NCBI RefSeq assembly: GCF_001194135.2 | Contig: NC_069000.1 | Coordinates: 3,100,972-3,164,971, forward strand | Length of the DNA stretch: 64,000 nucleotides | Source: Octopus bimaculoides | Lineage: Eukaryota | Direction of reading: 5' to 3' | Part shown: piece after piece, positions 1 through 11,062 of the stretch | Layout of the letters: each line of letters starts with the position of its first letter | Numbering within the stretch: position 1 is the first letter of the stretch | The notes under the pieces: generated by a model | Told to the model about the DNA's origin: nothing | What the model saw: the letters and a program-made list of their open reading frames with translations, nothing else | The model's database searches: none | Translations under genes and position numbers: made by a program

Positions 1-210
1 GTTTGATGAGAGAGATGGGTGAAGGAGTGGAGGAGTGAGGTGGAAAGAAAGAACAAGGAGAAAAGCAGGCGGAAGGGAGGAAGAGAGAATGGAAGGAAAA
101 AGAGGAGAATGAAGAGAAATAGGGGGGTCAGAGAGTGATAGAGCAGAAAGAGACAGTTCGGGAAAGAGAGCGACAGAGAGAGAATGTGTAGTAGTGACAG
201 AACTAGGAAA
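1..210. repeat. Purine-rich (GA/GGA) low-complexity tract
   Basis: Almost pure G/A sequence (gagagagatgggtgaaggagtggaggag...). Confidence 0.8.
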
Positions 211-303
211 AACAAAACTATCAATCTGCCGTTAGATAAAATGCATTTAAAACGTCTGTAATAAGACGTGGAAAGAATATTTTTCATTAATACTTTGTTT
301 CTC

Positions 304-380
304 AAGGCGGCGAGCTCGCGGAATCGTTTGCACGGCGGGCGAAATGCTTAGCGGTGCTTCGTCTGCCGCTACGTTCTGAG
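304..380 (+). mobile_element. SINE family A, 5' head only (truncated before B-box)
   Basis: aaggcggcgagctcgcggaatcgtttgcacggcgggcgaaatgcttagcggtgcttcgtctgccgctacgttctgag matches the heads of the family A copies at 20459, 20676 and 36845-37047 (-). Confidence 0.75.
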
Positions 381-615
381 GCCTCGTGGTTAGGGTAATG
401 TAATCACGATATGACGGTCGTGATTTCGATTCCTACACTGGGTGGTGCGTTGTGTCCTTGAGAAAAAACACCTCATTTCACATTGCTCCGGTCAAGTCGG
501 CTGCAACATGACTCCAGCAATAACTGTGACGGATCTGCGTCCCTTCATGTGGAGGAGAGCGTTTTGACCCTGGCCACTAACACGCCAAGGAAACCCGGTT
601 CTCCGGACTTATGTT
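381..615 (+). mobile_element. tRNA-derived SINE (family B-type head with a different body)
   Basis: A-box-like gcctcgtggttaggg, B-box-like tttcgattcct, then gcgttgtgtccttgag...catttcacattgctccggtc, shared in reverse with 15340-15556 and 33965-34262. Confidence 0.7.
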
Positions 616-1509
616 ACCTAGATCTAACTACACACCTAATCAAACCTAACCTGTTTATTCAGTATGTTCCTGTAAACTACTAGAATTTTAACACGCGTTG
701 TTTCAAACATATGGATCATTGACCTATCCCATGTAGTGATTCCAATACGATTCAATATTCTACTTACGTATTTCACTGGGAAAACTGAAAAGCCAAAATA
801 AACGCTACGATATTCGAATGTTGACGGAAACCTGTATCAAATACACACGCACAAATTTATGGTATCAAACTGTATACAGCAACCACAAATCCAGCGGTGG
901 CACCAGTAACTGTAAAAGCATAGGTCTGGCAATGTTCCTACCAAACGGAAAGACACAATTCCTACGAAAGCATTAATGCATAACGATTTATAAATACATG
1001 TTGAGAATATGGAAATCTGTAGGCTTGAAGCATAAATTAACTATCAATTGAAGCATGAACAATTTGGTAACACTCCAAGGAATATAAAAGCGAAATCGCT
1101 GAGTTGCAAAGATATTGTGCAAATTGCTCATGCATGACCGATTCAGACGGAATACATGTGTTTCGAAGAATTTCTGAGTAGTACAAGACGGAGTCAAAAT
1201 ACCACGTAACTCTCAAGAAAATGGTTAATTTAAGATATACGGCAGCGGTAAGTATAGTGAGATGGGCTTACATTGCAACTATGACGCATAAAATCAAGTT
1301 TAGTGTTTTCGTTCCAAATTTATACCAAAGTATTTACACTACACTGCGTCAGGTACATGCGTCCCCACCTCTTCTGCTATATATGCACACACGTGTGTGT
1401 ATGTTCGTCTACGAATATATACATAACGATATTTTACGAACGAAATATTTGTGTATAGAAACTCCATTTTCACTACTCCAATTCATGCGACCCAGATTTA
1501 TATGCAATT

Positions 1510-1675
1510 AGCGTATATAGATATATGACGGATTTCTTTCAGTTTCCGTTTACCAAATCCACTCACAAGGTCCGAGACTATAATAGACGACACTTTCCCA
1601 TGGTGCCACGCAGTGAGACTGAACCCGGAACCATGTGACTGAGAAGCAAGCTTCTTACCACACAGCCATATATAT
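1510..1675 (-). mobile_element. SINE family C (tRNA-like head and body)
   Basis: Reverse complement reads ggctgtgtggtaagaagcttgcttctcagtcacatggttccgggttcagtctcactgcgtggcacc...gagtggatttggtaaacggaaactgaaagaaatccgtcatata; homologous to 26560, 29405 and 59005. Confidence 0.85.
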
Positions 1676-2276
1676 GAATGTAGTTGGACAGAGAGAAATC
1701 TCACACAGAGGCAATTTCAGGATGGGGAAGAGGTGTGATCATGTCACAGATAGTGTTTCTCAGCAAACTCTGTCATCACTTTCTTCCAAAACATCCCTAC
1801 AATATATATACATAACCTAGAGATAAATTCATTTTATAGGAATTCCTCCTTCTCTCTAATATTCCAACCTCCCACTAACACTTATTAAGCTTCTTGTTTT
1901 GTCTACTCTCTCCCCCACCGTATATTTTCTTTGTTCTCTCTCTTTCTCTCTCTCTCTCTCTCTTTCCTTCCCACTGTGTCTTCCTCACTTTCTCTGTCTG
2001 TCGCGTCCGCATTCATATATGAGTGTTTACATTCTTTTACTCGGCAATCCAATATTCGCCCTTTTTAAAATTCCAATTTTTTCTTTATATCACAGTTCAT
2101 ATAGATTTTACTAATATCTTTTTCTAGCCTTCTAAACGCACACACATACCCACCGATACAGACAGATACAGACATACACACACACACACTCACACTCGCT
2201 CTATAAAGATAGTCTCTCGTAACACGAGACATTCGTGCAAGTGTTGCTGAAAAACCTGTACAAATGATTTGTTTGT

Positions 2277-2311
<35 letters not shown>

Positions 2312-3084
2312 TTGTTCGTATGCATCTAACTACAAACACAAACACATATACAAAGCTGAGAGCGAGAGAAAGTGAAAGATGATGAGAGAGAGAGAGAGAG
2401 AAAGACAGAGAGGATGAGTGAAAGAGCCTCGGTTTAAGATGACTTACTCCATTTACCTTCAGCCGCCGGCAAAGATATTCATGTCAAACTTTCTATTTGT
2501 TCTCATTTACAATATAAAGGTTTTCTCGTAAGACAAAAGAATACATTCTTATTTACACACACACACACACACATGTATAATAGTTATAAACGTATTTATT
2601 TAGCAGCACCCGCGCCCTCTACCTTCAACATGTCCTCTTCTTTCTTTTGACTGACGAAATATCAATAACAGAATGGCTGTTATTATACACAGTCATATAT
2701 CATGAACAATGAACTTCCGCCAAGTCTATAATTTAACAGAAAAACACACAAACATTCTATACAAATTAAAATATTATCAGACGCTTTATTTATTTTGGCT
2801 GATACGGGTGACCGACATTACAATATGGCGAAGTATACACACTGTACATGTACACAAGATCGTCGGAACTCACGCACAATAACTCATATTTACGTGAGTG
2901 AGTGTATGAGTAATGCTTTAAAACGGACTATATATTATTATTATTATTATTATTATATAGGTATTTACACACACACACACACACACACGCACACACACAC
3001 ACACGCACACACACACACACACACACAAATATACAGTGACAGACAGAGTTTGATTTTTTGTTGCATCTCAAAGCCTACCGTTAA

Positions 3085-3290
3085 GCTGGTGCACTGCCTG
3101 TTATTTTCTTGTGGTTGACTTTTGATGAAGGACGGAGCTTGATATTGCTTCAGTCCTTTGGGTTTCTAGCTGTGATGTAGGTTCATCTGGGGTCTTGGAG
3201 AGCAGAAGATCAATATATCTACTCTTTCCTTCACGCTTCATGGATACCTCTCACATTTTGTGGCAAGATATGTAGTTCGTAATATAAACA
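3085..3290 (-). mobile_element. Decayed 3' end of a CR1/L2-group LINE ORF2
   Basis: Minus-strand translation gives ELHILPQNVRGIH, then after a frameshift KSRYIDLLLSKTPDEPTSQLETQRTEAISSSVLHQ. This resembles the recalled C-terminal motif LP..IR....FK..LD..L...PDEP....R.A.SNS of these LINEs. Confidence 0.5.
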
Positions 3291-4176
3291 TTATCCGATA
3301 ACGGAGCTAGTATACTAGCAACCTTCATTATATAAGAGAGATGTTGATAATGCCAATCAATGATCATGATCGTTAAAATTTCCCCCGATTTTGCTAGTCT
3401 GTATCATGTAAACTTTTAAAATAAACACAAGTATCCAAGTATCCCCCTTCTTATCGTAATGAGTTTTATATCACATTGTCTTTTAGAGTTGTCCCTTTAT
3501 ATTATATTTTACGAACTCTTCTTGACGATATGTTTAATTCTTGTTCTGGAGCAGATGATAAAACTAGGAAAATCGAACGCTGCATCTAACGTTTTGTATG
3601 CACAAAGTGTTTAACCCAATACGTAGACGCTATTATTCATACTTTTAGAATAAAGGTATGAATCGAGATCCACAGTTCCTCAAAGAATTCTTATAAATTG
3701 CCTTTCCCCTCTTAGCAGCAATTGAAAAGTCTTACATTTCCAACTCAAATAATTATGAGAATTAATCATCATTTTCTAATAATCGTATATGCCTTATACC
3801 TTGCAAAACGATTTACGTGTTTCTGCAGAATGTTGCATGTTGCCTAATTATCAATTCTTTAAAATATAAATGTGTATACACGCATACACAGACACACATA
3901 TATTACAACAGTATTGAAGATTTCAACACTTTACATATCGGAACAGTGTTTCATAATTGTTATTTTCCTTTAATACGAAATACAATTTTTCGCTGTGCAT
4001 TTTGTGTAAACAAACGTACAATTATGAATAAATGATCTTTAATATTCATCACGCTAAATCGCAATAAATTGCATAAAACTGACTAAAATACAGATACTCT
4101 TCAATATATGCAATACCATTGACACTGTTTTCGAATTGATTCTGAACTTCAGCCAGGACATAATCACGTCGAATAG

Positions 4177-4177
<1 letters not shown>

Positions 4178-4234
<57 letters not shown>
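4178..4234. repeat. (AC)n microsatellite
   Basis: About 28 AC units; one of many AC/GT tracts in the window. Confidence 0.95.
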
Positions 4235-4236
<2 letters not shown>

Positions 4237-6022
4237 GCACCTTTATATAAATGTATGTGTGTGTGTGTGTGGATGTCTTTAAGGCGTGTATGCCTATATA
4301 CATGTTGATATCCATTCTGTATGGGCTTAACTAACTACAGTTTATCCACGTATACTCACGCATTCACATAAGTTTTCTACCGGTGTTATATATACATATA
4401 TATATTATGCATCTATCGACATTATATGTGCGTGTATGTCTGTGTGCGTGCTTTCCTGTACAAGCTTGCAAGCTTTGCATACTTTCTATTTTGTATTTAC
4501 CTCCTTTAGGCATGTTTGTCAAGTTTCTATGTATGTATATGATTTCGTGCATATATATATATGCACATACAAATACATCCGTGTACGCTCATTATTTATG
4601 CAGATATATATCTTGTTAGTGGAAAAATAGTTTGAATGAAAGATAGTGAGGAGTTACAAGGAATATTAAGGAAGCCAAACGTGCCACTCAACACTCTCTC
4701 GACATGTATTTACATTTGTAACCACTATCTCTGGTCAAACAGCTGCTGGAGAAGACCTGACCAGGTGCTCCTACATAATTGCATCAAAATCAGAAATAAC
4801 ACAGACATTCAAATCTCTTACATGTATATCTCGATATTCCTGGTCCATACATGTTTTATGAATAAACATAAGTAAACACCTTGAAGATTAATTTATCAAA
4901 TGCAATATTTACTCATATACAATTAACCATGCATGACCTTCAAAATATCGATGTCAATGTCCTTCTGAAAATATACAAAGTGAATGCGATAGTCCAGATT
5001 TGGCCAGTTTGAACACAAGACGTGAAGAATATTTGTGCAGGGTTTAGACCGTTTAAATGCCAAAATGGAGCAATCGTTCACTGTGAACGGTGGAATATGT
5101 ACCATGTGTCAGGCTTAAAAATTACGAACTGGGATAGATTCATTCGACTTGAAATTCCCCATGGCACTGGCCCAGTATGACCGCAGTCTATTAACTCAAA
5201 CAAATATATATATATAAATTAAAATCTTCAAGAGTAGACTATTTTTCGCTCAGAAGTTTTAACATGAGAGACAGGGCCCATAGCTAAATTGATTTAATTT
5301 CTGATATCATTCTTCAGAGATTATCTCCATTATATTTTCTAAATTACCGTAAGCATTTCGTATAGTTTGGAATAAAAAGTTTTAGGAATACTCGCTATTA
5401 ATCGTATATTTATGGAGTACACTAAAGGTTTTACCGAAATATATATCTCACACTCTCACGTGCAGCGATCCAACTTTAGGGGCTACTTTCGGACACAATT
5501 ATAAGTTTTCAGCCACAAATTACAGAAACAACTCCAGCTTTTCTAAGATATTTCCACACCTTATAATATATATGTGAATTTCTAGAGTATTTTTATTTGT
5601 TATACCGAAAGCATACAGTCGGATAGCTTACTGGAGATGAGCAGCTACATATTGGACTCTAATACAAGGGGGTTTTTCCTATTGATTACAGAAATATATA
5701 ATCATAGTTTCAACCTATTATAATGTACATGTTAGTTCCTACCGTGCATTTATTTACTAGGCCTCCGGCTTTTCTCAAGTATCATCTCTCAGCCATACGG
5801 TCTGTTGGCCTACTTGAAGTCAAGAAAGCTTGTATAAACAAACCCAGTTAGACAAAATACTTGGCTTTTTCCTCGTATCAATGTTTTGACTTCTGACACG
5901 ATTATTTTTTCTAAATGACATCTTTCTGGATTGATGGTGTTTGCGTGTTTGCATAGCTGCGAATGTGAGCGTGTGTGTGTGTTTAACTGTAATGTACGTA
6001 TATACTTATGTGTGTGCTATTA

Positions 6023-6056
<34 letters not shown>

Positions 6057-6198
6057 GTATATGTATGTCAGTATATACGAGTGCCTCTTTATGTGCTTAT
6101 GTATGTATGCATGAGTGAGTATATATGGGTGTGTATGATTGTGTTTATGTATATCTCTTCGTTTATGTATGGAAGTCTTGGTCTGTGCGTCTTTGTTT

Positions 6199-6235
<37 letters not shown>

Positions 6236-6668
6236 TTTTCGTTTCCATTATTCTTCGTTTTTACTTAATCAGAATGTTTCTGTGAAGTTTGAATTCATGC
6301 ATAGCTTCCAGTTTCTCATATGCTCCCACATATTCAATTATATTCAATTACTTCTGCCTACGAGTTTGTGTGTACCTGTGTGTATATAGAAATGAAAATA
6401 CGTATTTGTGCATATTTATGGGTCCATAGTATATGTATGCATACTTCCTTCGTAATGTATATATATGAGTGTGAGTGTTATTATAACTATGTTACTGTAT
6501 GTGTATGTTCACCGAATGAGGGTATATATTAACAGTGATTTAGGTAGACATAATAATGTTCACATGTATATACATACATAGCTCAGAGATAGATAGGTTT
6601 GTGAGGGGACATCGTATATATATATATAAGGATTTACTTTTCGCAATGAGATAAAAAAAAACAAGGCT

Positions 6669-6774
<106 letters not shown>

Positions 6775-7302
6775 AAATGCAGAATCATATTTAATCTGTT
6801 CAGGTAGACACTTAGTAAAGTATACACTAAATGTCTACGTGACTATCTTCCTGACCTCTTCAGGCACTTTAAGTAAACACACATCACACAGTCTCAGACA
6901 AACTGAATTGTTTTTTCTACTATTTAAGTTTCATGTCACAACGATCTGCAGTTGATTATTTCATTCAATATTTCTATACAGTTTATATGATTTTGTTCTA
7001 CAGTGTATAGGTACAACTTTGATCGTCAGGTATCTAAATATTCATTTTGTTATTCTGATGTATGATTCCCTGTTTTCATGCTGTCTTTTATTATTGTGTT
7101 ATAGTCTGTTCTGCACTCTTTTACGGCTGATTTCATTATAATATCCGGTTTTCTATTTTATGATGCTGGTTTCTATCAATATATTGAAACTCTACATGAA
7201 TTACCTTTCAAGTGTTTATCTATGTCGTACTTTTTGTGTCCGGTATGCGTAAATAATCACTTGGACTCATTAGTAATTTCGTTGCTCATTAAATGTAGTT
7301 GC

Positions 7303-7411
7303 AGCGTGGCTGTCTGGTGAAACGCTTGCTCACCAACCATGTCGTTCATTTAAACCATGCTCACCAACCATGTCGTTCATTTAAACCATGCTCACCAACC
7401 ATGTCGTTCAT
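7303..7411 (+). repeat. Truncated family C SINE head with a 31-bp tandem triplication
   Basis: gcagcgtggctgtctggtgaaacgctt, then gctcaccaaccatgtcgttcatttaaaccat at 7328-7358 and 7359-7389, and a partial copy at 7390-7411. Confidence 0.8.
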
Positions 7412-7419
7412 ACGTTCAT

Positions 7420-7800
7420 TTAAACATGCATGCAGCCACATACCTATACATGCACACACGCACACGTCAATGTCACCAGCCACCGTCCATACGCGCTCTC
7501 ACATACACACGCACGTGCACCTTCGTTTAGGGATCACTACTACTACTACTTTATTACCTCCCCTTCTTCCTAGCTCTCCTGTGTGACCCCTCTGTCCAGC
7601 ATTTGCCATGATTGATCACTAGCCATTAAAATTTTATCTATTTTCTCTCCCTATTTATTTCTGTGTTCCTTTCTGTTGAAGAGCGTAGGCTCGAAACGTA
7701 AAAGACTTTCTTTTTCCTGAGTGTTAAACGAATACACTTGTCTGTTGTTTACACGCCCGTCTTCGTCTTTTGTTATTTTGTAAATTCTCACTATATCTAT
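7420..7800 (+). mobile_element. Probable Penelope-like element terminal region (non-coding)
   Basis: Contains gttgaagagcgtaggctcgaaacgtaaaagac, the (C/T)TGA.GAG...CTCGAAAC(G) motif type known from Penelope-like termini. No RT or GIY-YIG coding sequence seen, so the family call is inferred. Confidence 0.45.
7669..7704 (+). ncRNA. Hammerhead-ribozyme-like motif (minimal type I layout, variant core)
   Basis: CTTT-CTGTTGAA-GAGC(GTAG)GCTC-GAAA-CG-TA-AAAG: 4-bp stem I, 4-bp stem II with tetraloop, GAAA, palindromic ACGT stem III and a GUA cleavage triplet. The core deviates from CUGANGA. Confidence 0.45.
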
Positions 7801-8637
7801 ATTCACTTATATATCCACACACGTGCCTGAGTGAACTTTTACACACCATATAATTTTCCAATATTGTGTTCGTTTTTCCAATAACCTTATGGTACTTTTT
7901 GCGCATTCTCCCTATAATTCTCATTGTTGTTCGTGGCTTTATTGCGAACTTCTTGAATTTGTTTTTACATTATTCCCTTGTTACATTTATGATCGTTACT
8001 GTTTTTGTTATCAACACATTTGGCATGTTCTCTGCATTCTTTTTCCTAGCGTTGCTGTCGATTCTATCGTTGCTCTTCTCTATTTTGTTGCCGTTGTTTT
8101 GGGGGCTACCTTTCTTCTTCTTCTCCTTTTCCGCTTTCTCCTTCTCCTTCTCTTCCTGCTCTTTGTTGTTGTTGCTATTGCCGTTGTTATTTTCTTCTCT
8201 GTACATGTGTGTATGTGTGTGTGTATGCGTGTGTGTGAGACAGAAAAAGGGAAATTGTTTTTGAAAATTATTTCGTCTTCTGTTTTAGTTGGGTTTTGTT
8301 ATTGTACATCGTCAAAAATAAAAGAACGATACGAAAATCAGTTTTAAAAAAAGGCAATAATATGAAAGTAAAGAAGAATGAAATAAAATAGGTGTGCTTT
8401 GGAGGAGAAGAAAGAAAACAGAAAGTCAGTGAATTGACAAGAATTGGTAAAACCCAGATTTAATCTGATATATAGCGAAAATAAATAGCAAGACTAGGTA
8501 ACTTTTTCTTAGCTTCAACAACGAAGACAAATAAAATTAAAGAAAACGAAATAATTCATATATTCAAGTGATGTTGGCGATGATGAATGTATTACTAATA
8601 ATAATAAAAGCAGCTGCAGCAACAGTAGTAGTGGTAG

Positions 8638-8668
<31 letters not shown>

Positions 8669-8752
8669 TGAATTATACGCTAGACTACACCACAGCTGAG
8701 CTCAGTCAAGACAAAAAGAATTGAAGGAAAATAAAGGTAGGTATGGTGAGAT

Positions 8753-8793
<41 letters not shown>

Positions 8794-9490
8794 AAGTGAG
8801 GGAAAGAAAGACAGAGATAGACAGAAAAATTGGTGTTTTTGATGTAGGAAATGAACAAATATTTTTAAAATTATAAATCTGACACAAACCTGTAAACAAT
8901 AACAGCATCAATATTTCTACTACTACCACTAACACTACTACTACTACCATCACTCCCACCACTACGGATCGTCTTTTTCTTTTCTTTTACTACGACTGAG
9001 TCTATTTGAAATGTATTGCTGGCAGCCGGTTCTTCTCATAGAACAAAGAAAAATTTTGAATTGGTTTTTCAAATTGCAAATACTATGCATCCATGCTAAA
9101 TTCTCGCTATAGTGTCGGCATGTGTCAGTACTTAGGCAGGCTTTGAACTCACAATGCATAGCGATGAAATTTACACCATACCACAAAGCATTTCGCCCAA
9201 CGTTCTAACGATTAAGGCAACCAAAGACAAGAATTGACTGATACTCTGTTTCCGATCACAGCGAGACCGAAATCAGAAGTGGCATCGGTTGGGTTTGAAC
9301 TCAGAGAGTTGGAATAAATCCCTGGAAGACTTCAATCTAAATCCCTAACGAGATTGCTAAATGGATCTCTTGTACTAATTATTTTACATCAAATTATGAG
9401 AGCAAACAATATACAAGCATAAAAGAAAACATGGCTGCTATTTAAAGAAATATTTCTACAGCTACAAATCGTGGGAGAAAATATGGTTAA

Positions 9491-9910
9491 ATTTCACTTT
9501 TTTCAAAAACTGTGTGTCATATTCAGAGTGATGAACATGGTCTTGAAAAGGGATACTATGGGAATGAAATTGATTGGAAATAAGTTGCTCTTGAACTTTG
9601 TACAAAAGCATCTGCAGATAAAAAATTCATGGGGATTACAGAGAACTATTTTTCTATTAAAAAAAAAACTGGATGTAGTGAATACTTCGCTACAGATATA
9701 GGAGATGACATCATGTGATTTTGGGCATGTTACTTTCGCCACATCTTCGAACACATCTCGTGTGTCTTACGAATAGCATGTAACGGAGGAAATAATTTAA
9801 AGAATAAGAGCGGTGAATATATAATGACGTGTTTCGCGAAGAGGTTGAGGACAGTTTACGCCACTTCGTCGTCTCGGGAACGATGTTGTTTAACGCTGAT
9901 AAATGGCTAA
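9491..9910 (+). pseudogene. Relic reading frame of uncertain origin (possibly piggyBac-like transposase fragment)
   Basis: 140 codons with only 2 internal stops (9581-9583, 9716-9718). FMGI-x7-KK...YFATD-x7-F-x5-R-x2-FEHI has the spacing of the recalled piggyBac motif FLGL..KK..YWSTD-x7-F-x5-RNRFE.I. Confidence 0.25.
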
Positions 9911-10204
9911 GTCCACTTGAATATATAGAGATTCAAATGCAATAAATCATATAGAAGGTATTGAAATAGATATGCACGCAAAAAAATATCTACAACCTCC
10001 TTTGTTGACCTGAAACTGCTACTGAGGTGGACGAATGTAAAGGATTTTAGGGTAGACAATCTATTGACTAGATTTCCCTTGTCGACACTATCTAAGAATT
10101 GACAACTGAGTTAAGGTCAAAACAGTGTGGCATGTGTTGATTTCAGAACAAACAGTTGAAACCGATACCGCAATGCATCTAATACGGTGCTCAAACGAAC
10201 TGCC

Positions 10205-10345
10205 ATCAATCAGTTTCCCTAGATTAGTATAATTTCATATCGACTCGGAATGGATGAATGTCAAAGTCGACCGAGATTTGAACTTAATGCGCAACTATTT
10301 GAAACGAATAGCCCTGAATATTCAACTCAGTATTATAATCCTACT
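10205..10345 (-). mobile_element. Degenerate SINE family A fragment
   Basis: atcgactcggaatggatgaatgtcaaagtcgaccgagatttgaactt resembles the atcaaccccgaaacgatgataggcaaagtcgacctcgacggaatttgaactc segment at about 36930. Confidence 0.55.
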
Positions 10346-10384
10346 ATTTCAAGTTCGTCGCTAATTAATATGCAAGGACACACA

Positions 10385-10590
10385 GTCTACGACTACCAGC
10401 ATTATGGCCATTGAGATATTTTATAGTCACGAAGCTATCTTGTGTCGAACAATTATATAAAACTTCAATGTTGGAAGGGCAATTCAGATATGGAGAGTGG
10501 ACTTTGGAGAGGTAATGACAAACATTGAGAGAACTGGACTCAGGAAATAAAAACGAGGCTAAAGAAATTAACCGCAAATGATTCTCACCA
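10385..10590 (+). mobile_element. Possible highly decayed RTE-like LINE fragment
   Basis: Translation LYKTSMLEGQFRYGEWTLER** resembles the RTE motif LYK..V.SVLLYG.ETWTL; weak match. Confidence 0.25.
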
Positions 10591-10835
10591 CCATGTGTAC
10601 ACATTCTAGAAGTCATCATCTTCAGGGGAAATAGTACTGGAAACATGCAAATAATATAGAAGACGGAAGAAAAGAATAAAACAGAGGCATAAAATAGAAG
10701 TATATTCTGAGAAGAAGAGAGAAGTCGGTGACGTGAGCTGCCAGCCATTTTTCCGAGATAGTATCTTAGTTCCTTGTCAATATATATTATATACATGTGT
10801 GTGTGCGAACGCATGTATGTATGTTTGTAGACAGG

Positions 10836-10900
<65 letters not shown>
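10836..10900. repeat. (GATA)n microsatellite
   Basis: About 16 GATA units; similar tracts near 25372, 27449 and 28787. Confidence 0.95.
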
Positions 10901-11026
10901 GACAATAAGAGAAATAGAATTGACAATGTAAATTTACATGGGTAGCATGTCAAGCAAAAGAAATATCAGAAATTTGCATACATACTCACACCAGTACACA
11001 CACACATATGCCCACACCTGTGTGTC

Positions 11027-11062
<36 letters not shown>

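Noticed and set aside
1218-1253. aaaATGG start in good context, MVNLRYTAA, then a GTAAGT donor: a possible tiny first coding exon on the plus strand
   Set aside because: Only 27 coding nt, with no promoter evidence and no downstream partner exon identified; expected by chance.
2188-2249. Minus-strand 53-nt exon-like segment (ttttcag ... gtgagt)
   Set aside because: The donor derives from an AC microsatellite, the acceptor tract is weak and the peptide is unrecognisable.
7866-8347. Three overlapping 78-152 aa ORFs that look hydrophobic or Glu/Lys-rich
   Set aside because: They are translations of TTC/TTG/TG low-complexity sequence.
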